DNA of 64,000 nucleotides from a virus (lineage: Duplodnaviria; Caudoviricetes): the IMG/VR virus record IMGVR_UViG_3300028887_000077, positions 32,001 to 96,000 of that record; one strand, 5' to 3'. The position numbers and the translations under genes were made by a program. Below, in pieces: positions 54,046 to 63,571 of this stretch. The notes beneath the pieces were generated by a model that saw nothing but the letters and a program-made list of their open reading frames with translations, was not told the origin of the DNA and ran no database searches. Positions within the stretch are counted from its first letter, which is position 1; every line of letters begins with the position of its first letter.

Positions 54046-54429
54046 ATGTGTATCTTTGGAAACTATGGCGAAGACGACAAATATAACCTATTTACATTGC
54101 CAGTGGGGCATGTGGTTTACGTCATCGACAAAGAGGACGGCAACTGGACCTGGTTCGAAGAGCACATCATTATGACCGAAGTCCAAATGGACGCGGTTTA
54201 CAGCAAGATGACCATTTATACCCAAGAGGGCAATAAGTATACGTGGGAGGTCGACGCGTTCATGACCGTACAGGGCGCAATGGCAGCGGTAGAGGAGCGC
54301 GAGGCCTTCGACATGCAGCAGCGTGATATCAAACACATGAACAAGCTAATCGACGAAAAGGACCGTGAAATCAATTTGCTCAATTTTCAGATTGACCTCA
54401 ATAAACCAAAGAGATATCCAGATGATTAA
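54046..54429 (+). CDS. Hypothetical protein (P.G..V.VID family)
   Basis: LPVGHVVYVID...AFMTVQGA. Confidence 0.5.
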   Translation: MCIFGNYGEDDKYNLFTLPVGHVVYVIDKEDGNWTWFEEHIIMTEVQMDAVYSKMTIYTQEGNKYTWEVDAFMTVQGAMAAVEEREAFDMQQRDIKHMNKLIDEKDREINLLNFQIDLNKPKRYPDD

Positions 54430-54439
54430 GGATGAACAC

Positions 54440-54688
54440 ATGAACAAATCAAAACGCATTTCATTTCCAGTCGAACCCGGCGACACGATCTGGACCCTGG
54501 AGAATCCCCCCGGAAAGCGCACCGTCGTTCCCAAGATGGTCAAAGTGACCTTCGTAATGGCAACGGCCGAAGGGAAATACCTTGGTGTTGACACAGGTGC
54601 CATTCTACGCTCTGACGACCTCTGGTTCTATACGGAGGAAGAAGCGAAGATCAGCAGCAAACAGATCAACTGTATGATCGAACCCTGA
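54440..54688 (+). CDS. Hypothetical protein (P..PGD family)
   Basis: FPVEPGDTIW...FYTEEEAK. Confidence 0.55.
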   Translation: MNKSKRISFPVEPGDTIWTLENPPGKRTVVPKMVKVTFVMATAEGKYLGVDTGAILRSDDLWFYTEEEAKISSKQINCMIEP

Positions 54689-54694
54689 TTCCCA

Positions 54695-54723
54695 CCCCGG
54701 TACTAACTGTGCCGGGGATTTTT
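54695..54723 (+). terminator. Intrinsic terminator
   Basis: CCCCGGTAC...GTGCCGGGG then ATTTTTT. Confidence 0.7.
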
Positions 54724-54784
54724 AATGCCCTATCCGTGTAGGGAAAAAATATCCCCCGAAAAATAAAAAAAATCCCCAAAACTC

Positions 54785-54813
54785 TTGACAAATCAAGAAT
54801 AATGCGGTATAAT
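54785..54813 (+). promoter_or_regulatory. Sigma-A/70 promoter
   Basis: TTGACA-17-TATAAT. Confidence 0.85.
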
Positions 54814-54849
54814 TGTTATACTAAAAGAAAAGAAAAGAAAAGAAGGGAG

Positions 54850-55200
54850 ATGGCTCAAAAAATGACCAGAAAAGAGATCCTTGCACTCCCAGTGCGTAAA
54901 ATGACCGTGGAAGAGTCGAACCGTCCTATCACCGGCGTCTGCGGTTTGTGGCTGGTGCCCACACGCAAAAAGCACGCAAGTGGCTGGATGTGCATGCGGG
55001 TTATTGTGACCTTTAAGGACGGACGCGATCCGGTGACCGTGAGCGACATTGTCGATGACATCCAGTTTACTGGTGCGCACTTCCGCCTGGACTGCGATTA
55101 CCCGTCTGGTATCGTACATATCTGGAATGGCGGACGTGCCAATACGTTTAGGGTGCGCGAGGGCTGGTGTTCCAGCATCGATCTCGAGGAGGAAAAGTGA
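54850..55200 (+). CDS. Hypothetical protein
   Basis: PTRKKHASGW.CM motif; RBS. Confidence 0.55.
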   Translation: MAQKMTRKEILALPVRKMTVEESNRPITGVCGLWLVPTRKKHASGWMCMRVIVTFKDGRDPVTVSDIVDDIQFTGAHFRLDCDYPSGIVHIWNGGRANTFRVREGWCSSIDLEEEK

Positions 55201-55403
55201 TGGAAAAGAATCAGGTTCGAATTTACATTGATAAAACCCTCAGCAGGTGCGACGACTGTCCGTTTGTCGATTGGGACGGAGACTTTGGTCTGTACGTCTG
55301 CCGTCGTGAAGACGCTTGGGACCCGGATGGGCCTGTTAAGATCGATCAGGCGAACTTCGTCATTCCACACAATTGTCCGTTCAGGAAGGAGAATAAACAA
55401 TGA
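55200..55403 (+). CDS. Small Cys protein
   Basis: CDDCPF...IPHNCPF. Confidence 0.55.
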   Translation: MEKNQVRIYIDKTLSRCDDCPFVDWDGDFGLYVCRREDAWDPDGPVKIDQANFVIPHNCPFRKENKQ

Positions 55404-55750
55404 TTCCGAGAGAGGTAAATGTTCCCGAGTCCCGGATATTCAGACTCGTCGACGATGCCATCCAAAAGGCGCTTGACGGTTGGTTTGTTTTTATCGGCTT
55501 TGCGGCCAACGATGTTAGCGACGAGGCTCTCGACTCATTTACACAAAAGTTTTGTGACATCGTCGTTTCTCACACAGACCACGATACCGCCCTCAAGCTG
55601 GAGGTTGCCGTAGAGCCGCCCGTTTTTTCCATTGGCAGGCGTTTATTCCTTACCCGGAGAGAGACCTGCGATCTGTCTTATCGCGCTGGCGAGTCACCTT
55701 ATCGCATTGTTGGTGTGGGCAAGGACGGACTGGAATATGAGCGAGTATAA
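55400..55750 (+). CDS. Hypothetical protein
   Basis: Coupled ORF. Confidence 0.5.
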   Translation: MIPREVNVPESRIFRLVDDAIQKALDGWFVFIGFAANDVSDEALDSFTQKFCDIVVSHTDHDTALKLEVAVEPPVFSIGRRLFLTRRETCDLSYRAGESPYRIVGVGKDGLEYERV

Positions 55751-56036
55751 GCCTATCGGCTATGCGCTGGCGCTTTACGCCCCCAACACGCCTACGAAGT
55801 ATTTGCGGCTGCTCAGCGCCGGGAGGTTTGAGTGGGTAGAGCATATCATGACAAACGTGACCGTTCCGCCCGTCACACTCTTCAGATCCTACATATCCGC
55901 CCTCTCATACGCCGACAAGCACTTCCCCATCCTTTCGTCGTATATGGACGTGGAGCCGGTTTATGAGTTTATCGGCCGCGGCTGCTTGAAATCCTATATC
56001 CCCGACTATCACTTCTACGAGGAGGCCAATCAATGA
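55737..56036 (+). CDS. Hypothetical protein
   Basis: Overlapping start; LF.S...A..Y motif shared with the next gene. Confidence 0.5.
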   Translation: MSEYKPIGYALALYAPNTPTKYLRLLSAGRFEWVEHIMTNVTVPPVTLFRSYISALSYADKHFPILSSYMDVEPVYEFIGRGCLKSYIPDYHFYEEANQ

Positions 56037-56341
56037 AAAGCAACTCCAACCATAACCATATCCCCTGTGCCATGTGGGGCATTATCTACTACGACCAGGT
56101 CACCGGTCCCTTCAATATACTCATGTATCCATTCCCCGAAGACACCGACTATATGAAGTGGCACCGGCTTGCATCTGTCCCGTTCTTTATCGATGTCTAC
56201 AACGTCCCCGGCGCACCTATGCTGTTCTCCTCCAAGGATAAGGCCGCAGCCTATATTGCCAACGAGGGCTTGGACAAATTCCAGAACACCCCTCGCCCCG
56301 TTACGGTCTACGTTTATAAGGAGGTAAAGGTAAATCAATGA
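56033..56341 (+). CDS. Hypothetical protein
   Basis: GAGGAGG RBS, coupled. Confidence 0.5.
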   Translation: MKSNSNHNHIPCAMWGIIYYDQVTGPFNILMYPFPEDTDYMKWHRLASVPFFIDVYNVPGAPMLFSSKDKAAAYIANEGLDKFQNTPRPVTVYVYKEVKVNQ

Positions 56342-56586
56342 TCTATCCGTTCCACGTTTATCGCGCCTATACCGGGGACGATTTCTTCTGGGTCGCAGCG
56401 TCCGACGTTGTTCTCGGTTGTGTCGGCCAGGGCCGCACGGCTCGCGCAGCGATCAGGGAATTGCGTGGGAATGAGAGGGCGTGGATCAAATTCGCCAAGT
56501 CCTACAAGGACGAGATCCGCATCCCCACAGTTCCGATCGTCAGTTTGGACGACGATAGTGTCCTTCAGGCGAACCCAAAAATTTAA
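56338..56586 (+). CDS. HicB-like antitoxin N-terminal domain (orphan)
   Basis: YPF.V...WVA....LGCVGQGRT...AI.EL....AWI..A....EI.IP. Confidence 0.65.
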   Translation: MIYPFHVYRAYTGDDFFWVAASDVVLGCVGQGRTARAAIRELRGNERAWIKFAKSYKDEIRIPTVPIVSLDDDSVLQANPKI

Positions 56587-56591
56587 TAAGT

Positions 56592-56619
56592 AAGAGGGAG
56601 GGCTTCGGCCCTCTTTTTT
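56592..56619 (+). terminator. Intrinsic terminator ending the plus-strand block
   Basis: GAGGGC-TTCG-GCCCTC plus T-run. Confidence 0.8.
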
Positions 56620-57172
56620 ATGCCCTCTCCCACACACACTCGCCAGGCGCCGTCTGTTAAATGCATAATACGCATAAACATGCAAATATATTGTATGGCA
56701 TCGCAGGGTATAACGCCGCACCGTTATAAAACGCCCCTCCCTACTAAAAAAAATAGCCCCCGCTTAAAAAAATATGGCCCATTCGGATAAATATGAAATA
56801 TTCGTGAACAGATTTTTGGGTCTATTTTAAGTAGAGGACGGTGGTCCACGGTCATCCACGGTCATCCAGCGGAGTTTTACCCGGGTTTTGGGGAAATGAA
56901 AAATTCCACCGGAATTTTTAGGGTGGGTGTGTGTGGGGATGGTGGGTGGGTGTGAGTAAAAAAATGGGTGGGTTAATATAAAAAATAGTTGCCCGGTGAA
57001 TTAATGGGTGGGCTGTGCGAAATAATGGGTTGGGTGTGTGTGGTGTGGATGATTAGTCATCCATCACACAATTACCTCATTTCCTTATTCTTCCGCAGGA
57101 AATAATAAAGAAGATAAAGGCAATTATGACTGCAGCAACCATTAGAATTGCCATTTTATCGCCTCCTTTTTT

Positions 57173-57433
57173 TTATTTTGACCCCATATATAGATATATT
57201 GCAATTAAAACTGCTCCACATATAGGGCAAAACAAAACTCCGCACAGCAAATAAAACCAGAAGTCTTCTTTGCCGGCGCCCATAATTGCCCACATTCCAC
57301 CCGAACATGCGGTTGCAACCAGAGCGCTAACAATGCTTCTTTTGAGTTTGCTGCGTTTGTCCATAAGCGCATAAGCGCAAAGGAATGGAATTGCCCAAAG
57401 AAGCGATATGGCAATCAGTGGTGTTACAATCAT
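57173..57433 (-). CDS. Small membrane protein
   Basis: Three hydrophobic segments; AAAGGAGGTGA RBS. Confidence 0.6.
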   Translation of the reverse strand: MIVTPLIAISLLWAIPFLCAYALMDKRSKLKRSIVSALVATACSGGMWAIMGAGKEDFWFYLLCGVLFCPICGAVLIAIYLYMGSK

Positions 57434-58132
57434 TCACATCACCTCCTTTCCATATCTTTCGACGATCGCCTTCATCGCGTCGGGGACGTACTGGTATTCG
57501 TCCGCAGCATAAACTCCAACGAGTCGTTTGACATACTTTTCTGCCTCCTTCGGAACGCGACCGTGCTCAAATCTCTCGGTGGGTGTTCCGAGAATATACC
57601 CGAGACGCAAAGGAGCTCCGCAAACGCCGCACGTAAAGAGATGCGGATGCTCGACAGACCTGCATACGCGGAATTGTTTGTAGGTCTTTGAGCACCTCGT
57701 GCAACAAAGTGTATACGGCTGCTCGTTCGGCTTTGTCGTCAGGACTCCGCAACGCGTTACGGTAATCCCCCAGCGTTTGCCAATCTTGTCGCCAGCACGT
57801 TTCCACTTGGCGCCGTGGTGATCTCTCGGTTCGACTGCATGAGCAACCTCGTGAATGAGCGTATCGCGTATTTCCTTTGATGATCGCGAATACATGCACC
57901 TGTTGATGCAGATTGCGCTGAGAACCTTTCCACACACCACATCGTGACGACACTGGCCGAGAATGCGATGCGCGTGATTCTCGTAAAGAGTCAGGTCGAG
58001 GTTCGCCGTGGAGTTGGGATAGATATCCTCACACACACGAAGCACCTCATCCCACATCTTCAGGGTTTTTGCATCCTTGCACTTCTTCCATGTGCGCGCG
58101 ATAAGGTTGTGCTTTTTTTGTTTTGCCATCAA
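57434..58132 (-). CDS. SprT-like zinc metalloprotease with Zn ribbon
   Basis: LGQC, TLIHEVAHA, HHGAKWK, CTRC, CGVCG. Confidence 0.8.
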   Translation of the reverse strand: MMAKQKKHNLIARTWKKCKDAKTLKMWDEVLRVCEDIYPNSTANLDLTLYENHAHRILGQCRHDVVCGKVLSAICINRCMYSRSSKEIRDTLIHEVAHAVEPRDHHGAKWKRAGDKIGKRWGITVTRCGVLTTKPNEQPYTLCCTRCSKTYKQFRVCRSVEHPHLFTCGVCGAPLRLGYILGTPTERFEHGRVPKEAEKYVKRLVGVYAADEYQYVPDAMKAIVERYGKEVM

Positions 58133-58608
58133 CTTTCACCCCGATCTTCATCGGTGATATCGCCGATCCTCGTGATGTTCTCGATCTTGATGTCGAACGT
58201 GTCGACGGCGGTTTTGTTCCAGTAGCTCGGAGGTGTGACCGCCTTCACGCTTTCAACATCGACAATGTTTCCGTCGATCTTGTAGACAGTCTTTTGGTTC
58301 GGGATCTTCGACGTCTGTACATTCAGATACTTGACTCCACTGGAAAGAGCTTCTTTGATGTAGTGCTCGTATCCAGGGACCCATTTCCACCACGCCTTGT
58401 ACTCCTTGGGAGGATTCTCTTCGCGTCTCTTGATAACGTCGGCGATGTGCGAGTACTGGCAGCCAAGACGAACGGTCATCTGCACCTCTTTGGTGATATT
58501 GAGGTCTTTGTAGGCTGCAGCGGGCTTGACTTCCGTGGTGTAGTCAATCCGGACAAACCTCCCTGATGCGGTGGACTTGATTGCCTTTTGAACATACGTG
58601 TACTTCAT
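58129..58608 (-). CDS. Hypothetical protein
   Basis: AAAGGAG RBS; 159 aa. Confidence 0.6.
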   Translation of the reverse strand: MKYTYVQKAIKSTASGRFVRIDYTTEVKPAAAYKDLNITKEVQMTVRLGCQYSHIADVIKRREENPPKEYKAWWKWVPGYEHYIKEALSSGVKYLNVQTSKIPNQKTVYKIDGNIVDVESVKAVTPPSYWNKTAVDTFDIKIENITRIGDITDEDRGES

Positions 58609-58638
58609 GACTTTATCTCCTTTCTTGTTTTGTTTGTT

Positions 58639-59229
58639 TTACCAGCCGCCTTGACATTCGTTTGCGAAGCGAACGGTCTTGGTGTATTCCTTCTTGGTCA
58701 TATATGGCTTCTCGCCTTTGCGCTTAGCTTCTTTGACGAGCTTCTTTATGCGCAGAATGATGTCTTTGTCGAGCTCGTCGGGCGATTGCTGCCTTCTTCT
58801 TTGCGAGTGATAGAAATTTTCCCAGTAGACACCGCCAACACCACGGATGCGTCGTGAAATGATCGCATATTTGAACGCATAGTAAATGCGCTTGCGAACT
58901 GCGACAAACGCTCGTTTGATTCTGCTGATTGTGTCGAGTTTTGCGCACTTTTTGCATTCTTGATATGAAATAGAGTCCCATCCGTCGATGGTGTAGAAGT
59001 AATGCGTGCTAACGTAAAGCGTCTTAAACTCTTTGTGGCAGCTTTCGCAATTGCACTTGTACCCCATTTTGGTCTTGACCAGTTGTTCGTCGGCCGGGAT
59101 ATCGAGAGCATAAAAATCAAGCTCACCATAGTCGTTTTCGGGACCTTGCAGAATGGGAAGCTGTGCGATTTCCGCAGTGGTCATATCGGAGTAGTCGGTG
59201 CGCATTTTGCGCTTTTTGGTTTTTGCCAT
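58639..59229 (-). CDS. Hypothetical Zn-binding protein
   Basis: CESC, CKKC; AAGGAGGTGA RBS before 59229. Confidence 0.55.
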   Translation of the reverse strand: MAKTKKRKMRTDYSDMTTAEIAQLPILQGPENDYGELDFYALDIPADEQLVKTKMGYKCNCESCHKEFKTLYVSTHYFYTIDGWDSISYQECKKCAKLDTISRIKRAFVAVRKRIYYAFKYAIISRRIRGVGGVYWENFYHSQRRRQQSPDELDKDIILRIKKLVKEAKRKGEKPYMTKKEYTKTVRFANECQGGW

Positions 59230-59230
59230 A

Positions 59231-59518
59231 TTATTCACCTCCTTTCTCTTTTGCTTCCTTTTTAACTTCGGCAATCAACCCGATACGACCACTGTAAATG
59301 CAGTCGATGGCACGTTCGCAATCGTTCTCATTCATTTGCCAAATTCGACGAAGACCAACGTAGTGTTTGTACTCATTGGTTTCGGGGGATTCGCATAACT
59401 CAACGATCTTCTTTTCGGCCTTGTTTCGCTCGTCTTTGCAGTGTATCGAATGTGCAATGAGAATATGAAGAATATTGGTAAGATCGTCGGTTTCGTGTCT
59501 CTCTTTCTCTTCGCACAT
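59231..59518 (-). CDS. Hypothetical protein
   Basis: GGAGGTGA RBS. Confidence 0.5.
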   Translation of the reverse strand: MCEEKERHETDDLTNILHILIAHSIHCKDERNKAEKKIVELCESPETNEYKHYVGLRRIWQMNENDCERAIDCIYSGRIGLIAEVKKEAKEKGGE

Positions 59519-59519
59519 A

Positions 59520-59855
59520 TTACTTCACCTCCTTTCCATTGACAGACAACACCTCGAAGACGAAGTTGTAAACACACCATCCAAACTCGTCGGACAGCAT
59601 GTCGCACACGCGTTCGTTGGCTTCGTCCCATCCTTCCCAGGTGTCTTCGACGTTAATAGTGTATTCGCGTTCTCTGGGAAGGTCTTGCACGATTTTCGCC
59701 GCCTTGTCGTCTCCGAGCTCTTCGTCACTGGTGTCCCACCAGATTTTGCTTACTCTGACGACGGCTTCGACAGTTTTTCCGGTGTAGTTCGCATGCGTGA
59801 TTTCGTTAAACTCGTCGCACCATTCGGGGTTGTAAATGCTCTTTTTGTTGCTCAT
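59520..59855 (-). CDS. Hypothetical protein
   Basis: I.WDT...DLP...D.LSDEFGWCV motif. Confidence 0.55.
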   Translation of the reverse strand: MSNKKSIYNPEWCDEFNEITHANYTGKTVEAVVRVSKIWWDTSDEELGDDKAAKIVQDLPREREYTINVEDTWEGWDEANERVCDMLSDEFGWCVYNFVFEVLSVNGKEVK

Positions 59856-60047
59856 GATCTCGCCTCCTTTCATTCATAGTTCCATTCGGTGTTGCATCTG
59901 AGGTCGCCGTTGAGCATATTGTCAAGAAAATCGTCGATATACTCTTCTTTGTCTCTGTCTGGCGGAACGGGTATCATCATGTATGCGGACGGTTTCGTGT
60001 TGTTCCCAAAATACAAACCGATTTTGACAAACTTGAAACTATCCATA

Positions 60048-60794
60048 TCAATTGCCTCCTTTCTTGATTCTCTTTCCGGAATGATCGTACACCGCGACGA
60101 CGTGCCCGTTGTTTTTGCGCCAGCAGATTCCGCACTTGTCGCACGTCACTCCGGTCTCGCTTCCGTCTTTGGCAATGGCGGGACAGTGCGTGACCTTTTC
60201 GAGCTCGGGGTTCGTGTGGTCGTCGTAAACAAACCGATTAAGCCCATGCAGATCGTATCCGGCCGTGTTCCCGTTCCATTCGGAAATATTCACGACGAGA
60301 TTTTCGGGAAACTTCCCGTTCTCTTTGAGATATTTCTCGATGAACGAGAACCTTTTCGTGTAGAAGTAGAAGTGGACGTTCGGAAGGTTTTTTGCGAGAC
60401 CGACCATATGCTCGAGGTACGAGTAAGACTCGATCTCTCCCGAACTGTGGTATCGCAGAAGTTTGACGTCATGTTTCGTCAATTCTTCTTTGATCTGCCG
60501 GAAAGCGCCGTCGAGATCGTTGCGAACGATCAGCGTGTTATTTCCCCACGCGGGAATGTTGACGTTGTGGTGACACTGTGCAGACCGGATGGCATAGCAG
60601 TAGCGCTCGCATCCATCGCAACAGCCGGTGCAGGTGCCAACGACGTTCGTGAGGTCCCCCTTGTCCTTCGTGGAGATAGGTTTGTCTCCTGGGAGCAGGT
60701 TAAAGTTGTAGATCTTTCCGATCTTCCTGTTCCCCTTCGAGAGCTTGATGCGCATCCCATTGGTGTAATGAAGGTCATACGGTGTTTTTGACAT
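60048..60794 (-). CDS. Gp88-like Cys-cluster protein (radical-SAM-like)
   Basis: SKGNRKIG, TCTGCCDGCERYCYA, RYHSSGE, YFYTK, CPA...TCDKCGICW. Confidence 0.7.
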   Translation of the reverse strand: MSKTPYDLHYTNGMRIKLSKGNRKIGKIYNFNLLPGDKPISTKDKGDLTNVVGTCTGCCDGCERYCYAIRSAQCHHNVNIPAWGNNTLIVRNDLDGAFRQIKEELTKHDVKLLRYHSSGEIESYSYLEHMVGLAKNLPNVHFYFYTKRFSFIEKYLKENGKFPENLVVNISEWNGNTAGYDLHGLNRFVYDDHTNPELEKVTHCPAIAKDGSETGVTCDKCGICWRKNNGHVVAVYDHSGKRIKKGGN

Positions 60795-60811
60795 TGATGA
60801 CTTCTCCTTTC

Positions 60812-61009
60812 TTATTTCAAAATGCCGTAGACATCATCAACGTACCAGCCCGCGAACGGGTTGTATATCGCAGAGCATTTAACCCCGCGATACATCGCCA
60901 CATACGCGTTCTTGCCGACGTCGGGCTTTTCGAGGATGGTGGCCTCGGCGAGACCACCATTCAGCGAATGGATATGTGCTGTTACCGTCTGATTGATTAC
61001 TTGTTTCAT
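60812..61009 (-). CDS. Hypothetical protein
   Basis: GVKCSAIYNPF.G.YVDDVYG motif. Confidence 0.55.
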   Translation of the reverse strand: MKQVINQTVTAHIHSLNGGLAEATILEKPDVGKNAYVAMYRGVKCSAIYNPFAGWYVDDVYGILK

Positions 61010-61311
61010 TTGTTTACCTCCTTTCTGATAATGCAGATGTCGTAGTTCGCATCCCAGTTGTCCTGATGGTCGCGGAACATCTTCGTTGTGGATATGCCAT
61101 GTTGTTCAAGATTTTGAAAAACGTCGTCGGGCGTCCTCCAGATGTCGCCCTCATCCATGACAAATCTGTTCTTTTTGCCCTTTTCGATTCTGGAATCCGC
61201 CCACTTGATGGCCCTTTCTGCGTCATCAAATACGCACAAATCGGTAATGGCGTCGATCTCGTCGCAAAGACGTGGGCAGTTGCTTTCGAAACATACATAC
61301 ACGACTTCCAT
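61006..61311 (-). CDS. Hypothetical protein (paralog of 61326..61667)
   Basis: VYVC...D.E.A..W...QDN.D...DI.I shared. Confidence 0.55.
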   Translation of the reverse strand: MEVVYVCFESNCPRLCDEIDAITDLCVFDDAERAIKWADSRIEKGKKNRFVMDEGDIWRTPDDVFQNLEQHGISTTKMFRDHQDNWDANYDICIIRKEVNK

Positions 61312-61325
61312 TGTGTCTCCTCCTT

Positions 61326-61667
61326 TCATTCAACGTTCTTGATTTCGATGACAATATCAGAATACGAATCGTAGTTATCCTGATATTCGTCATAGACGCG
61401 AATGTAAACTCCATGATTTGTATAGAGCATCATCCTAGCTATCTCGTAATAGACAGAGCCGCCCGCCTTGACACACAGGTTGTTTTCGTCAAAAACAACG
61501 GTGTAATCATTTTCTTTTGCGATTTCGAATTCGGTCTCTACCTCTTTGGTTAGCCACGCCATCGCTTTGTCTTCGTTGTCGAGCACGACCATGTCGCCAA
61601 CATAGTCGCCGTTGATGTCTGCACGCTTGCCTTGCCACTGGCGATAGCACACATAGACTTCCTTCAT
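61326..61667 (-). CDS. Hypothetical protein
   Basis: GGAGGTGA RBS. Confidence 0.55.
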   Translation of the reverse strand: MKEVYVCYRQWQGKRADINGDYVGDMVVLDNEDKAMAWLTKEVETEFEIAKENDYTVVFDENNLCVKAGGSVYYEIARMMLYTNHGVYIRVYDEYQDNYDSYSDIVIEIKNVE

Positions 61668-61669
61668 GT

Positions 61670-61906
61670 TTACTCACCTCCTTTCTCTTCGTCGTCATCT
61701 GCGTCGGGGTAGTAGCCATATTCGTCGCTCTCGGATTCCTCCTCGATTTCTACGCGCTCCAAGCACTGCGAGGCCTGTTCTGCGCGTTCATAATCTGGGT
61801 TCTCTCCATTGAGGTCAATCACTTCAACGCTTACATACTCCGGAAAGTCGGAGTAAACCGTGATTAGACCTCCTTCGAGGGTGATAACTACTTTCGGCTT
61901 TGTCAT
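61670..61906 (-). CDS. Hypothetical protein
   Basis: VVITLEGG...VEVID motif, acidic tail. Confidence 0.55.
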   Translation of the reverse strand: MTKPKVVITLEGGLITVYSDFPEYVSVEVIDLNGENPDYERAEQASQCLERVEIEEESESDEYGYYPDADDDEEKGGE

Positions 61907-61925
61907 ATCCTTCTCCTTTCTTTCT

Positions 61926-62423
61926 TCAGTTTTGAATGCAATCTGGAGTTAAGAGTTTGCAAGCGCCATAAGCAATCGGCGGAATTACTACGGCGTTCAA
62001 CTCTTGCGCGCGGCGTTCGTTTTTGATGAGATTCTTGAATTGATTTTCGGTGATATGAGACCCACCACGAACGAAAGTCTCTGCAGTCTTTTCCAGTGTA
62101 TAAAACGTTTCCATCAACTCAAGCAACTGCCAGATTTCTTTATCGGTCAAGGGCGTTTCCTCGAAAAACTCGGTAAACATCGAATGGCAGTCTTTGGGTC
62201 CATTCAAGAATAGATAGTCAAAATGCTGATGAGAAGTAATATCGCGTGAAATCGAAGGGTTAGCGTCACAGGTATAAGTTTCGACATAACCGAACCCCCA
62301 ATACCAGTCACAGTCCCACGACGGCTCTTCCAACCAGTAATGACAACCATCCTTGCCGCGGCCAAGCAAATATACCTTTTTTTTGCCAAATGCATGCGTT
62401 ACTATTTTTTGCATGTTATTCAC
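61926..62423 (-). CDS. Conserved phage hypothetical protein
   Basis: YLLG...YWLE.PSWDCDWYWGFGY, SHQHFD. Confidence 0.65.
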   Translation of the reverse strand: MNNMQKIVTHAFGKKKVYLLGRGKDGCHYWLEEPSWDCDWYWGFGYVETYTCDANPSISRDITSHQHFDYLFLNGPKDCHSMFTEFFEETPLTDKEIWQLLELMETFYTLEKTAETFVRGGSHITENQFKNLIKNERRAQELNAVVIPPIAYGACKLLTPDCIQN

Positions 62424-62446
62424 CTCCTTTGATTTTTCTCCTTTCT

Positions 62447-62725
62447 TTAATCTTCAAAGTTGTAGTCGTCTCTTTTGCCCAGTAGATAAGCAAGAGAGTG
62501 AGGACGACGTTCCATATTAGGGCTATATTTTTGGTATATCACCCTATTTCCGCCCCCGTCGATGTTCCGCACAAGGAACCATACAGACAGACAAACGAGT
62601 CCATCGCTATCAATGTGAATTGCGTAAAACCACACTTTGTATCCGTCTAGATCGTATCTCGGAAATACGACATGACACCTGCGATTGAATTCTTCCTCCG
62701 GTAAGGAGGTCTTATTGTGTTCCAT
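62447..62725 (-). CDS. Hypothetical protein
   Basis: ORF in a co-oriented run. Confidence 0.45.
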   Translation of the reverse strand: MEHNKTSLPEEEFNRRCHVVFPRYDLDGYKVWFYAIHIDSDGLVCLSVWFLVRNIDGGGNRVIYQKYSPNMERRPHSLAYLLGKRDDYNFED

Positions 62726-62735
62726 TTTTTATTAT

Positions 62736-63038
62736 TCAACCTCCATAGTTTTTGAGTTCTTTGGTCTGCGGTTCTTCCTCGCGAGCGTAGTCCAGCCCGA
62801 ACACCCTTTTCATGACATCACATACCATCGCTCTGATCGAGTCGGCACTGACGTTGATACTCATCGACTTTTCAGGGTTGGCATTGACGATCTCGACAGT
62901 TTCCGGATACCTGCGGGCCACAGGATTCTTCTCGTCCAGATACTGAACGTCCTTGATGCCGAGCCCTGCGTTGATAAGCAGGGGTTTCAGCAGGTTGTTG
63001 ACATATGCGCGTTTTCCTTCGTGATTGTTTTCGTACAT
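62736..63038 (-). CDS. Hypothetical protein
   Basis: INVSADSI.AM..DV motif; GGAGGTGA RBS. Confidence 0.55.
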   Translation of the reverse strand: MYENNHEGKRAYVNNLLKPLLINAGLGIKDVQYLDEKNPVARRYPETVEIVNANPEKSMSINVSADSIRAMVCDVMKRVFGLDYAREEEPQTKELKNYGG

Positions 63039-63040
63039 TT

Positions 63041-63571
63041 TTATTCACCTCCTTCCGTTTTCTTTTTGATGCGATCTGCAAGAACCTCATCGACGTTTTC
63101 TTCGGGAAAGCCGTATTGCAGCAGGTCGCCCCGTCCCCATCCGCGTTCGCAGAGATCGTTGATGGTTTCGTGATAACCGAGTTTGTCGATGCGCTCGGCA
63201 ATCACTTGTTCGCAGAACTCAATTTTCTTGAGTTCCACTGCGTCGCAAACGTCCATGGTGGTTCCCTCAATTTCAACGCTGATGTGGTCATCGGCATATG
63301 ACCCGTCCCGGTACATCACAAACGACTTATCACCTTCTTCGATAACAACGCCGTCCTCGTCCGTGAGACGGTCGTTCTTTTTGATGTACCCGACATTTTC
63401 TTTGAAGATTCTCTTCGCTTCTTCTTCGTCGAAGCTGGCTCCGAGAACACAGGTTTCGGTTCTTCCTTCGTCCACGTACTCTTCTACGACGGCCAGAAGG
63501 AGCCCGTTTACCTTCTGGTGCTGCGGATATTTGTCACAACAAACGGATTTTAACGGATACATTTTTCTCAT
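63041..63571 (-). CDS. Hypothetical protein
   Basis: AAAGGAGGTGA RBS before 63571. Confidence 0.55.
   Translation of the reverse strand: MRKMYPLKSVCCDKYPQHQKVNGLLLAVVEEYVDEGRTETCVLGASFDEEEAKRIFKENVGYIKKNDRLTDEDGVVIEEGDKSFVMYRDGSYADDHISVEIEGTTMDVCDAVELKKIEFCEQVIAERIDKLGYHETINDLCERGWGRGDLLQYGFPEENVDEVLADRIKKKTEGGE

Noticed and set aside
59889-60791. 300-aa plus-strand ORF
   Set aside because: Antisense shadow of the Gp88-like gene within a minus-strand operon.
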